Assembly: GCA_965230905.1 (NCBI GenBank) | Contig: OZ246396.1 | Span: 1,170,001-1,202,000 of the forward strand | Origin: Candidatus Saccharimonadota bacterium | GTDB lineage: Bacteria; Patescibacteriota; Gracilibacteria; UBA1369; 2-02-FULL-48-14 | Reading direction: 5' to 3' | DNA: 32,000 nt | Shown here: positions 8,373-16,710 of the stretch, piece by piece | Layout: the number at the start of each line of letters is the position of its first letter | Numbering within the stretch: the stretch's first letter is position 1 | The notes under the pieces: model-generated | What the model was told of the DNA's origin: nothing | Seen by the model: only the letters and a program-made list of their open reading frames with translations | The model's database searches: none | Made by a program: the position numbers and the translations under genes

Positions 8373-9050
8373 ATGCACTCTAAAAGAATCCAGAAAAAGG
8401 TCAAGGATGATTACAATCAGATTGCGGAGGAGTTTTCGGAGACCCGGCAGTTCCCCTGGAAGGACTTTGAGTGTTTTAAGGCTTATTACCGTGCGAATTT
8501 TAAGGTTTTGGATCTGGGTTGTGGCAATGGTAGGCTCCTCACTTTTCTAAAAAAAGAGGGGTATAAAAGCTATTTGGGAATCGATCAATCGGTGGAATTA
8601 TTGAAACAGGCCAAAAAAGCTCACCCAAAAGAACAGTTTATTGAGGCCGATATGAGCGAGCCGTTTCCCCTAAAAGAAAAAGTGGATGCGATTTTTGCCA
8701 TCGCCTCTTTTCATCACCTTCCCCACAAAGATCAACTGAAGGCGCTCAAGCAGTGGAAGAAAGTTTTAAGGCCGGGCGGATATTTGTTTATGACCAATTG
8801 GAATTTGCACCAGCGTTCGTTTTGGCCGCTGCTCGCACGCAGTTTTATGTTTCCTACTTTTGGACTCCGGGGCGTTTTGGTACCTTGGCAAAAAAAAGTG
8901 CAGCGTTATTATTTTGCTTTCACCAGGCGACGTTTGGCGCGTCTATTAAAACAAGCTGGCTTCACCGTGCTGCGAAATGAATATGTGAAGGATGGAGAAT
9001 CTGCTACGATTTTCTCCGGTAAAAATATTCTTAGCATTGCGCGGCTATGA
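8373..9050 (+). CDS. Trm9/ALKBH8-like class I SAM-dependent methyltransferase
   Basis: DYNQIAEEFSETRQFPW lies directly N-terminal of SAM motif I VLDLGCGNGR. Then AIFAIASFHHL, LRPGGYLFMTNW, VPWQKKVQRYYFAF, in the same block order as yeast Trm9 as I recall it. The track start at 8316 is TTG; I prefer the ATG at 8373 (MHSKRIQKK...). The TGA stop overlaps the next ATG. Confidence 0.75.
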   Translation: MHSKRIQKKVKDDYNQIAEEFSETRQFPWKDFECFKAYYRANFKVLDLGCGNGRLLTFLKKEGYKSYLGIDQSVELLKQAKKAHPKEQFIEADMSEPFPLKEKVDAIFAIASFHHLPHKDQLKALKQWKKVLRPGGYLFMTNWNLHQRSFWPLLARSFMFPTFGLRGVLVPWQKKVQRYYFAFTRRRLARLLKQAGFTVLRNEYVKDGESATIFSGKNILSIARL

Positions 9051-9820
9051 AATTGATGGATGTACAAATCGATGAAATTACACGCGAAGAAGCTCGTGAA
9101 ACTTTAAAGAAACCACAAATTATTTTTACGCCGAATCCAGAAATTTTACTGGAGGCTCGCAAGAACGCCGCCTTTCGTCAGGCGCTTAAAAAAGGTACGT
9201 TGATGCTACCGGATGGTCATGGACTGTTGCTGGTGAGCACCCTTTTACAGATTAAATTTAAATTTATTCGAGCGTTTGCCTACCTTCCCTCTCTGCTTCT
9301 TTTCTTAGTTTGGAAACATCCTTTTAAGAAAGTTTTTCCCGAAATCATTCACGGCAGCGATTTTATGGAAGATGTGATTGCATGGAGTGAAAAAAATAAA
9401 AAATCGGTTTTCTTTTTGGGAGGAAAAATTGGTGTCGCTAAAAAAACTGCGCAGGTCTTTAAGGAAAAATATCCTCACTTAAAGGTGGCGGGTAGTTCCA
9501 CTGAGAATCCTTCTACCAAGGCTTTTGAAATCGTGAAGGCGTCAAAGGCAGATGTACTTTTTGTGGCTTACGGCGCGCCTAAGCAGGAACTTTGGATTGC
9601 AGAGTATGCACGGAAAATTCCCACTCTTGTGCACGTTATGGGGGTGGGTGGTTCCTTTGATTTTTGGAGCGGAGCAGTGAAACGGGCTCCCCGCTTACTG
9701 CGAAAACTCGGTTTGGAGTGGATGTGGCGGCTCTTTTTACAACCGCTTCAAAGAACCCGACGTATTTACAACGCTACGATTAAGTTTCCATTCCTCAGTC
9801 TTTTCTTCGACGACCGCTGA
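9047..9820 (+). CDS. WecG/TagA/CpsF-family glycosyltransferase
   Basis: FTPNPEILL, PDGHG, FFLGG, VAYGAPKQELW, GVGGSFDFWSGAVKRAP, LEWMWRL. Start overlaps the previous stop (ATGA at 9047..9050). Confidence 0.8.
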   Translation: MKLMDVQIDEITREEARETLKKPQIIFTPNPEILLEARKNAAFRQALKKGTLMLPDGHGLLLVSTLLQIKFKFIRAFAYLPSLLLFLVWKHPFKKVFPEIIHGSDFMEDVIAWSEKNKKSVFFLGGKIGVAKKTAQVFKEKYPHLKVAGSSTENPSTKAFEIVKASKADVLFVAYGAPKQELWIAEYARKIPTLVHVMGVGGSFDFWSGAVKRAPRLLRKLGLEWMWRLFLQPLQRTRRIYNATIKFPFLSLFFDDR

Positions 9821-10055
9821 ATTTATCTTCCGCATTGCGAATGAAAGGACCCACGAATTCAATAATGCTCTTGGTGAGCAAAAGTGGCTTGGTCACATAG
9901 GTATTCACCTTGTCGACGAGTTCTTTAACTTGGTCGGTTACCTTCACTACGTCGCGCAGGATGAACATCAAATAGATGAGCGTGACGGATAAAAAGATGG
10001 TCACCAGAGCGACACATACAGAAAGTGTGAGGAAGAGAATATCTAAAGGTGCCAT
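9795..10055 (-). CDS. small single-pass membrane protein (DUF948-like architecture)
   Basis: 86 aa: N-terminal TM helix (LSVCVALVTIFLSVTLIYLMFIL) then a helical region (VVKVTDQVKELVDKVNTYV). The family call rests on architecture only. Confidence 0.45.
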   Translation of the reverse strand: MAPLDILFLTLSVCVALVTIFLSVTLIYLMFILRDVVKVTDQVKELVDKVNTYVTKPLLLTKSIIEFVGPFIRNAEDKFSGRRRKD

Positions 10056-10086
10056 GGCTGTGGAGTTAGATTGTTTTGATTATACC

Positions 10087-11517
10087 CTATGCAAGGAGTT
10101 TCATCAAAACTTCATTCACCATTTTTGGATTGGCTTGCCCCTTGGATTCTTTCATAGCCATTCCAACCAGGCTTCCGAGTGCTTTCATTGTGCCGGCCTT
10201 CACATCGGCAGCGGCTTGGGGGTTGGCGGCGATGGCGGCCTTGCACCACTCTTCAATTTCACCGGCATCACTTTTTTGAACGAGTCCTTGCTCTTCTACA
10301 ATGGCTTTTGGATTTTTCCCGCTCTTCATCATTTCATCGAAGACGGTGCTTTTGGCCACGTTGTTGGAAATCACTCCTTCGTCGATGAGTTGGATGAGTT
10401 CTGCCAACTGAGCGGCGGTGATGGGTGAATCGGAAATCCACTTCCCTTCATCTTTGAGACGTTTCACCAAAATAGTTCCCACAAAAGAATTGGCGGTCTT
10501 GTTATTTTTAGACTGGTGCGCCACTTCTTCAAAGTAATTGGCCAAAGCAATGTCGCTGGCAAAGAAGCGGGCTTCGGCCTCTGCTAAGCCAAATTCAGCC
10601 AAGAAGCGTTCGTATTTTTGCATGGGGGCTTCGGGCACTTCTTTTCTCCATTCAGTCAGCTGTGCTTCCGTTATTTCTACTGGAGGAAGGTCTGGCTCGG
10701 GGAAGTAACGGTAATCGGCCGCGCTTTCTTTTTCACGCATCACCACGGTGGTGCCGCGGTCATCATCCCAGCCCACGGTTTGTTCCGTTGCCGAAGGGGT
10801 TCCGGCTTCCCACAATTTGCCTTGTCGTTTGATTTCGTATTCAATGGCCATTTCCAAGGAGCGGAAGGAGTTGAGGTTTTTGATTTCAGCACGAGGGTAG
10901 AGCTTTTCTTCGCCCACGGGTCGCATGGAAACGCTGGCGTCAAAACGCATCATTCCCTTCTCCATATCGCAGGAAGAACTTCCGCAGTAGCGCAAAATCT
11001 GCTGAATGGCTTCGGCATACGCACGGGCCTCTTTTGAGCCGCGCATATCTGGGTAAGAAACAATTTCCATGAGGGGGCATCCGGCTCGATTGAAATCCAG
11101 GAGGGTGTCTTGGCCGGTGTGGGTCAGTTTTCCTGCGTCGTTTTCTAGGTGCAAACGCAAAATGCGGATGGTTTTCTTAACTCCATCGAGGGAAATTTCC
11201 AAATGACCTTCTTTAGAAACGGGTTCGTCGTATTGGGAAATCTGGTAACCCGGCGGTAGATCTGGGTAAAAATAGTTTTTTCGGTCGAATTTTGAGTGCT
11301 GAGGGATTTCGCAGTTGAGAGCGAGGGCAGCGATGGTTCCTTTGTGAACGGCCTCCTCATTGATCACGGGGAGCATTCCTGGGAAAGCCATACAGATTGG
11401 GCAGACATTGGAATTGGGCTCTTTGCCAAAAGAATCGTTTGAACAAGAACAGAACAGCTTCGTTTTAGATAAGATTTGTGCGTGGATTTCCAGACCGATG
11501 ATGACTTCGAGTTCCAT
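10087..11517 (-). CDS. gatB: Asp-tRNA(Asn)/Glu-tRNA(Gln) amidotransferase subunit B
   Basis: 476 aa. N-terminus MELEVIIGLEIHAQILSKTKLFCSCS, full-length colinearity with GatB, and a C-terminal YqeY-like tail. No gatA/gatC adjacent. Confidence 0.95.
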   Translation of the reverse strand: MELEVIIGLEIHAQILSKTKLFCSCSNDSFGKEPNSNVCPICMAFPGMLPVINEEAVHKGTIAALALNCEIPQHSKFDRKNYFYPDLPPGYQISQYDEPVSKEGHLEISLDGVKKTIRILRLHLENDAGKLTHTGQDTLLDFNRAGCPLMEIVSYPDMRGSKEARAYAEAIQQILRYCGSSSCDMEKGMMRFDASVSMRPVGEEKLYPRAEIKNLNSFRSLEMAIEYEIKRQGKLWEAGTPSATEQTVGWDDDRGTTVVMREKESAADYRYFPEPDLPPVEITEAQLTEWRKEVPEAPMQKYERFLAEFGLAEAEARFFASDIALANYFEEVAHQSKNNKTANSFVGTILVKRLKDEGKWISDSPITAAQLAELIQLIDEGVISNNVAKSTVFDEMMKSGKNPKAIVEEQGLVQKSDAGEIEEWCKAAIAANPQAAADVKAGTMKALGSLVGMAMKESKGQANPKMVNEVLMKLLA

Positions 11518-11530
11518 GGCCTTAGCTTAC

Positions 11531-12091
11531 TTATTTCCCTGCGGAACGCAATAATTTTGTGAGCAGTTCCTTGAGTTTAGCTTGGTCGGAGAAGCCTTGT
11601 TCATGTAAAAAACTGGATTGGTGCTCCATTATGAAGCGTTCCACTTTTCGTGGAGCAGCTACGTTTTTTAAGATTAGCGGCGTTCCAGATACGTGGGTGA
11701 TTTGAATATTTCCAAAACGAAATATCGTGCCCCAAAAGCCTTTTACTTCATTGGTGATCCCATCGATATTCCCGTACTCAATTCGGTTGGTGGATTGGCT
11801 GAAGGGCGATTCCCATTCGAAATCAATAACCGAAGTGGTGGTCACCAGCCAGGCGTCCAAATACCACTGAAGCAGACGATAGATGAATAGAATGATTCCC
11901 AAACCGCTCCATACCGCCCAAATGGACCATAGAGGTGGAAACAAATAATAAGCGACGGCGGGCACTAAAATTCCCACAAATAAAACCTTAAGCAGTTGAG
12001 GGTACACCATAAAGGGATGTACGTGTGCCACCATCAGTAATTTCTCTCCTTTGTCGAGTAAACTACGGAAAAGAATTTTATCTATGATCAT
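11531..12091 (-). CDS. membrane protein with bacterial PH (YdbS/DUF304-like) architecture
   Basis: Two adjacent TM helices (LFVGILVPAVAYYLF / WAVWSGLGIILFIYRLL) followed by a roughly 100-aa soluble domain. Call rests on architecture only. Confidence 0.55.
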   Translation of the reverse strand: MIIDKILFRSLLDKGEKLLMVAHVHPFMVYPQLLKVLFVGILVPAVAYYLFPPLWSIWAVWSGLGIILFIYRLLQWYLDAWLVTTTSVIDFEWESPFSQSTNRIEYGNIDGITNEVKGFWGTIFRFGNIQITHVSGTPLILKNVAAPRKVERFIMEHQSSFLHEQGFSDQAKLKELLTKLLRSAGK

Positions 12092-12134
12092 TGCTTGGCT
12101 TGGAAATTCTTGATAAGCTCCGAGTACATTCTAC

Positions 12135-12812
12135 ATGACTATGTCACAAAATTCGACCAAAGATTTTATACTCCCCAAATTTCTGTTGGACATACTTATT
12201 GATGTGGTGATTGTGATTATTTTAGTGGTCGTCATACGGCTGTTTTTGTTCGCGCCTTTTCAGGTGCATGGGCAATCCATGTGCAATACCTTCAATGATT
12301 ACGAGGGCGAATGTCTTTCCGGTGACGGAGAATACGTTTTGACCTCTCGCCTTTCCACGTGGGACCTTGCTGATTGGAGCCCCACGAGCATTCAACGCGG
12401 AGATGTGATTATTTTTAAAGCTCCCTATTCCACGAGCGGAGAATTTTATATTAAACGAGTGATTGGACTACCTGGAGAGAGCGTAAAAATTGAGGACGGA
12501 CTTGTGAGCGTTATGAATGAAGAGGGTGTTTATATTGAACTCGACGAACCTTATTTAACGGAAGAAAATCAGGGGAATACGCAGCCTCACCGAACCAGCT
12601 CGCAGGTGTTCACAGTGTCGGAAGGAAGTTTCTTTGTGCTTGGCGACAATCGGACGAAAAGCAACGATTCAAGGCGTTGTTTCCAACAAACCGGGTGCAG
12701 CACCGAAACCTCTCCTTATTTGATGAATGGATTCATTGAAGGAGAGGTTAAGATGGTGATCTTTCCTTTCAATCACATCCGCTGGGTTGATACCTTTGAC
12801 TACTCAGTGTAG
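12135..12812 (+). CDS. lepB: signal peptidase I
   Basis: N-terminal TM anchor, catalytic Ser box HGQSMCNTF, Lys box YIKRVIGLPGE, and VLGDNRTKSNDSR. Confidence 0.9.
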   Translation: MTMSQNSTKDFILPKFLLDILIDVVIVIILVVVIRLFLFAPFQVHGQSMCNTFNDYEGECLSGDGEYVLTSRLSTWDLADWSPTSIQRGDVIIFKAPYSTSGEFYIKRVIGLPGESVKIEDGLVSVMNEEGVYIELDEPYLTEENQGNTQPHRTSSQVFTVSEGSFFVLGDNRTKSNDSRRCFQQTGCSTETSPYLMNGFIEGEVKMVIFPFNHIRWVDTFDYSV

Positions 12813-13220
12813 TTCGTCTTTTCCGCTGAGATAAAATTCGAGCAGCATCATGAAGGCAACGAGCAAAAGCCCGTTCCAGACTCTTAGCAGTCCCAACATG
12901 AGGAGGCTGAGGCAGAGACAGGTGCAGACGCTGAGCAGAATCCCCTGCCTAAGTGAAATCATCACGTGTTTGATGTAGATTTGGTCGCCGGCTTTCCATC
13001 TTTTTAGTGCAAATAAAATGAGCGTGAAGGTTCCGGAAAACGCCAAGAGTGAACTCGCAAAAAAGAGCGGCAAGGCCAGTGAAGCCTGCGCAAAGGGGTC
13101 GAGTTTATTTAGCACCAAAAGCCAAGCAGACCAACTGAGCACTGTGGCCAAAACAATTATGAAAAGAATCCTATAATGAGGGATGCTGAGCAGCTTGCGA
13201 TGATGATCGGTTTCAGGCAT
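12804..13220 (-). CDS. hypothetical 4-TM membrane protein (138 aa)
   Basis: ATG start and four hydrophobic segments. Overlaps the lepB 3' end by 9 nt (convergent). No family recognised. Confidence 0.55.
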   Translation of the reverse strand: MPETDHHRKLLSIPHYRILFIIVLATVLSWSAWLLVLNKLDPFAQASLALPLFFASSLLAFSGTFTLILFALKRWKAGDQIYIKHVMISLRQGILLSVCTCLCLSLLMLGLLRVWNGLLLVAFMMLLEFYLSGKDELH

Positions 13221-13244
13221 GGTGTATGCAGATTATCATAGCTT

Positions 13245-14165
13245 ATGGAGCCTCGCACCCTTATTTTTTTCTCCACCGGAGAAATTTCCATCCCCCTATT
13301 TCAAGCCCTGCTGAACGACGCACGTTTTAAGGTTTTAGGCTTGGTCTGTCAGCCGGATCGCGGCGAGCCACGGGCTATAAAAAAGCTGGCTGTGGAGAAG
13401 GGACTGCCGGTCTATCAACCAGAAAAACTTTCTAAAGATGAAGTACTTTTGGAGACGCTGAAAAAGAATCCGCCCGATTTTATTCTGACCTTTTCTTACG
13501 GCCAGATTTTGAATGAAGCCTGGCTTAGCCTTCCCCGTCTGGCGCCGATGAATGTGCATCCTTCCCTGCTACCAAAATACCGTGGGCCCACTCCACCGCA
13601 GGCGGCTTTATTGAATGGCGATGCGGAGACTGGACTCTCTTTGATTAAAATGACGAAAGGTATGGACGAGGGACCGATTGCGTTTCAGGAAAAAATGGCC
13701 ATTGCGCCGCATATGACCAGCACTCTTTTGTTTGATGAATTCGCCCGACTGGCGGCTGAAAAAATTCCTGACGCGCTCATGGCGATTGCGGAACAAGGCG
13801 AGCAAATTTTTAAAGAGCAGGATGAATCGCAAGCGACTTATTGCAAGATGACTGAGCGTGAAGACGGACGGATCAATTTTCAGGAACCCGCGGCAAAAAT
13901 CATGAACCGTTTCCGCGCTTACACGCCCTGGCCCGGGCTGTTCACGACTTACCTCGGCAAGCGCTTGAAAATTTTGGATTTGGAAATGACGGAGGATGCG
14001 ATTGAACCGGGCAAGGTGAAGTGTGAAAAACACGTTATTTTAGTGGGAACTTCAGACGGAGCGCTTAAATTAAAATCGCTTCAGCTGGAAGGAAAAACGG
14101 TGCTTCATCCTGAAGCGTTTATCCTTGGACAGCCGGCGTTTTGCTCGAGTGTGCTCCCTTCTTAA
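13245..14165 (+). CDS. fmt: methionyl-tRNA formyltransferase
   Basis: 306 aa. NVHPSLLPKYRGPTPPQAALLNGD, with an N-terminal formyltransferase fold and a C-terminal tRNA-binding domain of typical length. Confidence 0.93.
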   Translation: MEPRTLIFFSTGEISIPLFQALLNDARFKVLGLVCQPDRGEPRAIKKLAVEKGLPVYQPEKLSKDEVLLETLKKNPPDFILTFSYGQILNEAWLSLPRLAPMNVHPSLLPKYRGPTPPQAALLNGDAETGLSLIKMTKGMDEGPIAFQEKMAIAPHMTSTLLFDEFARLAAEKIPDALMAIAEQGEQIFKEQDESQATYCKMTEREDGRINFQEPAAKIMNRFRAYTPWPGLFTTYLGKRLKILDLEMTEDAIEPGKVKCEKHVILVGTSDGALKLKSLQLEGKTVLHPEAFILGQPAFCSSVLPS

Positions 14166-15327
14166 TAGTCCACAGCAGCACTAAAATTAACAAGAGGCGG
14201 CCTTGGTCTTGCGTGAGCCAGTAGTGATCAAAAAGTCCGATGCAGCCCAGCAGTAATGCAGCAGTTAAGTAGCGGGGATTTTTTTTGAGTGCGTAGACGC
14301 TTGCGCCGCTTAAAAGCAGCGTGAAAGGTATGCCAATTTCAGCGAGCAGCAAAAGTAAAACATTGTGGGCCGGTTGATAATCCCAGGGCATGAGCGCGAC
14401 GCTGACAACGGAATCCATATATAAAGTGAAGTGTGAAAAGCCCACTCCAAATGGATGAGCCAGAATCATTTCCCCGGCGATGTGGTAACCACTCAGGCGT
14501 TCCAGAAAAGCGGGATCTTCTAAAAGGTTGAAGCCCCGTGCGGCGAAAAAGAGGAGGAGTAAAATGGCTGCGCCCAAGCTGAACCACTTGCGAAGGTTTT
14601 GTTTTTGAAAAAGTGAAATGAGGATCAGTGCGAGGAGGGCGCTGCGTGAAAACGTGGCGAGCAAGCCAAGGCATTGCATCACCAGGAGAGTGATTTTTTC
14701 GTTTTTAGCGAGAGGCGCTTCGAAGGTCAGGAGGATGCTGAGCACCAAGAAAGCTCCTAAAATATTCGGATGCGGAAAGGACCCGTAGCCTCGAATAAAA
14801 TCACCGAAGCGTGCCAAGTGTGGCGTGAGGGCAGAGAGTGAAGGTTCACCCAGAATTTGGAATCCGAAGTCTTGTTGGAGTAGAACTTGCCCCAGCGCCC
14901 ACAACGCTTCCACGCTCATCACTACTATGAATGTTTTTATAAGCAGTGTGTGCGACGGCGTCTGTCTCAGTAAAATAAAAAAGAGTAAAAGTTCCAGGAG
15001 CTTTACGGCGAGCAGTAGATGAAAAAACGAGTCGGTGTAAGGGGTGATGAGGAGAGATGCGGCAGCCAGGGTGATGAACAAAAGTAGAGCTGGCGGTGGC
15101 TGGAGAAACTTCTTTTTTTGTTCAAAGAACAGATAAGCGAGGGCGGCGAGCAGCAAGCTGAAATCGAAGAGTGAAAAGAAAATGCTCGCGTAGGGATTTG
15201 AGAAACCATTGCCCCACTGCGCTTCGTAGCTGAGGATTTTTATTTGAAACGGAAGGGACAAAATGCAAAGCACCAGGCTGAGCAAAAAAGCTTTATTCCG
15301 CAGGAACGTAAGTAGGTTTGATGCCAT
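14119..15327 (-). CDS. O-antigen ligase / Wzy_C-family polytopic membrane protein
   Basis: About 10 TM segments. LLATFSRSALLALILISL and ERLSGYHIAGEMILAHPFGVGFSHF match the Wzy_C pattern (SR..., R-x-W/Y...P-x-G-x-G-x-x-x-F). Confidence 0.7.
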   Translation of the reverse strand: MASNLLTFLRNKAFLLSLVLCILSLPFQIKILSYEAQWGNGFSNPYASIFFSLFDFSLLLAALAYLFFEQKKKFLQPPPALLLFITLAAASLLITPYTDSFFHLLLAVKLLELLLFFILLRQTPSHTLLIKTFIVVMSVEALWALGQVLLQQDFGFQILGEPSLSALTPHLARFGDFIRGYGSFPHPNILGAFLVLSILLTFEAPLAKNEKITLLVMQCLGLLATFSRSALLALILISLFQKQNLRKWFSLGAAILLLLFFAARGFNLLEDPAFLERLSGYHIAGEMILAHPFGVGFSHFTLYMDSVVSVALMPWDYQPAHNVLLLLLAEIGIPFTLLLSGASVYALKKNPRYLTAALLLGCIGLFDHYWLTQDQGRLLLILVLLWTIKKGAHSSKTPAVQG

Positions 15328-16687
15328 CTGCAGGAATTAAACTTTGAATATCTTCCGAGAGATTTTTAAGCACATTGTCTGCGCGCACAGTGTCCAAAAT
15401 ATCGTCCACGGCTTCCAAAAACAGTGTCTTATATTCGGTTGGGTCTGCCATGGGAAGACTTTGCGCATAACCCACTTGAGCGGCGAAAACACCATAGATG
15501 GGGTCGAGCATCTGCTCTTCAATCAGGCTACGGAGCGCGCTGGGCCGGTGGGTTTCGTCGTTGTAATAACGCAGGTTTTCTTCGGTGCTCATGGAGGCTA
15601 GGAATTTCCATGCTTCTTCTGAGTTGGCGCTGGTGCGGCTGACCACCGGCACATAGTAACTGGCGTAGGCTTCGCGGGTTTCGGCGGAAGTCTCGGGATC
15701 ATAAACCTGCGGCGCTTCTTGAATTTTTACACTATTGAGGTCGATCACCTCTTCCCCTTCCGCTTTGAGGGCGTTGATTTCGTTGATGATGTTTTCATAA
15801 GTATAAGAAAAGCCCATGAGCATGGAAAGTTTTCCACGCGCAAAAGTGGCGAGTTCTTTCTCGGCACTATCGGCATCCGATAAATACTTATTCCAGCTGT
15901 AGTTGTTTTGGCTGGGCAACGCGAAACTGGTGTAGAGCTGCAGGGCGGCGAGCGCATTGGCATCGCTTCCAAAAGCCACTTGCGTGAGGTCTTCCGAATA
16001 AAATTCCACTTTGTATTGGAGCATCATGAGCATCAAAATATCGAAGGCGCGTAGAATATTGTCGGAACGTCCGAGGGCGATTCCGGTGCGTTCAAAGCGT
16101 TCAAAACTTTGGTCCTCTCGGTTCAGTTGAATCACGTCTTCCTTGATTCCCGCCCAGGTGGTGGAAGGCGTTCCTTGGGAAGGGAGCGCATCTTCGATGT
16201 GTTCGTCGTTGTAATACAATGCCAGTGTGTCGATATAAAGTGGTAAACCCCAGACTTGTTCCACATTGAAATCATCGGGAATGATCATTTCCTCGCCGGC
16301 GATTTCTACGAAAAGCGAGCGGAATACTTCCGGCGTCACAATGCTTGCGGGTGCAGGTGTGAGTTTTTTATAGTTCTTTGGGAACCACGTGTTGTGCATC
16401 ATGAAAATATCGGGGCCTTCGCCTTCCGCCAATTCATTGACGATCAGATCCAAATACGCTTCGGGGTCGGTGAATTTTTTGTACAAAATGGTGACGTGCG
16501 TATTTTGGCTTTCGTAGGCTTGGATCAGCGGTGCGTAGAGTTCGTCGTTATCGAAAAGACCATAAAACGTTAAGGTGACTGGAGCTTTTTGCGTCGTATT
16601 TTGTGCGCCTTTTTCTCTCAAACATCCAGAAAGAATGAGTGAAGACAAAAGAACAAAGAGGAGGATGAGAGAAGTGGATTTTTTCAT
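15293..16687 (-). CDS. extracellular solute-binding lipoprotein (ABC SBP family 1-like)
   Basis: Signal peptide with lipobox LILSGC. Size (464 aa) and composition are typical of sugar-type SBPs. No permease or ATPase gene nearby. Confidence 0.75.
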   Translation of the reverse strand: MKKSTSLILLFVLLSSLILSGCLREKGAQNTTQKAPVTLTFYGLFDNDELYAPLIQAYESQNTHVTILYKKFTDPEAYLDLIVNELAEGEGPDIFMMHNTWFPKNYKKLTPAPASIVTPEVFRSLFVEIAGEEMIIPDDFNVEQVWGLPLYIDTLALYYNDEHIEDALPSQGTPSTTWAGIKEDVIQLNREDQSFERFERTGIALGRSDNILRAFDILMLMMLQYKVEFYSEDLTQVAFGSDANALAALQLYTSFALPSQNNYSWNKYLSDADSAEKELATFARGKLSMLMGFSYTYENIINEINALKAEGEEVIDLNSVKIQEAPQVYDPETSAETREAYASYYVPVVSRTSANSEEAWKFLASMSTEENLRYYNDETHRPSALRSLIEEQMLDPIYGVFAAQVGYAQSLPMADPTEYKTLFLEAVDDILDTVRADNVLKNLSEDIQSLIPADGIKPTYVPAE

Positions 16688-16710
16688 CGTGGCGGTGAAA
16701 GCTAGTGAGA

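Noticed and set aside
8316-8378. Extended starts TTG 8316 (methyltransferase) and GTG 8378 (Elp3) from the ORF track
   Set aside because: Both extensions add non-conserved-looking residues and would create a 63-nt head-to-head CDS overlap. In-frame ATGs at 8373 and 8363 give natural N-termini.
9048-9050. Alternative genetic code (UGA recoded, as in some candidate phyla)
   Set aside because: TGA terminates the methyltransferase exactly at an ATGA junction with the next gene. All conserved proteins translate full-length under the standard code with no in-frame TGA needed.
9976-11037. Plus-strand ORFs 9976..10428 and 10618..11037 opposite gatB
   Set aside because: They are antisense to a complete GatB, show no motifs and have a Gly/Phe/His-biased composition.
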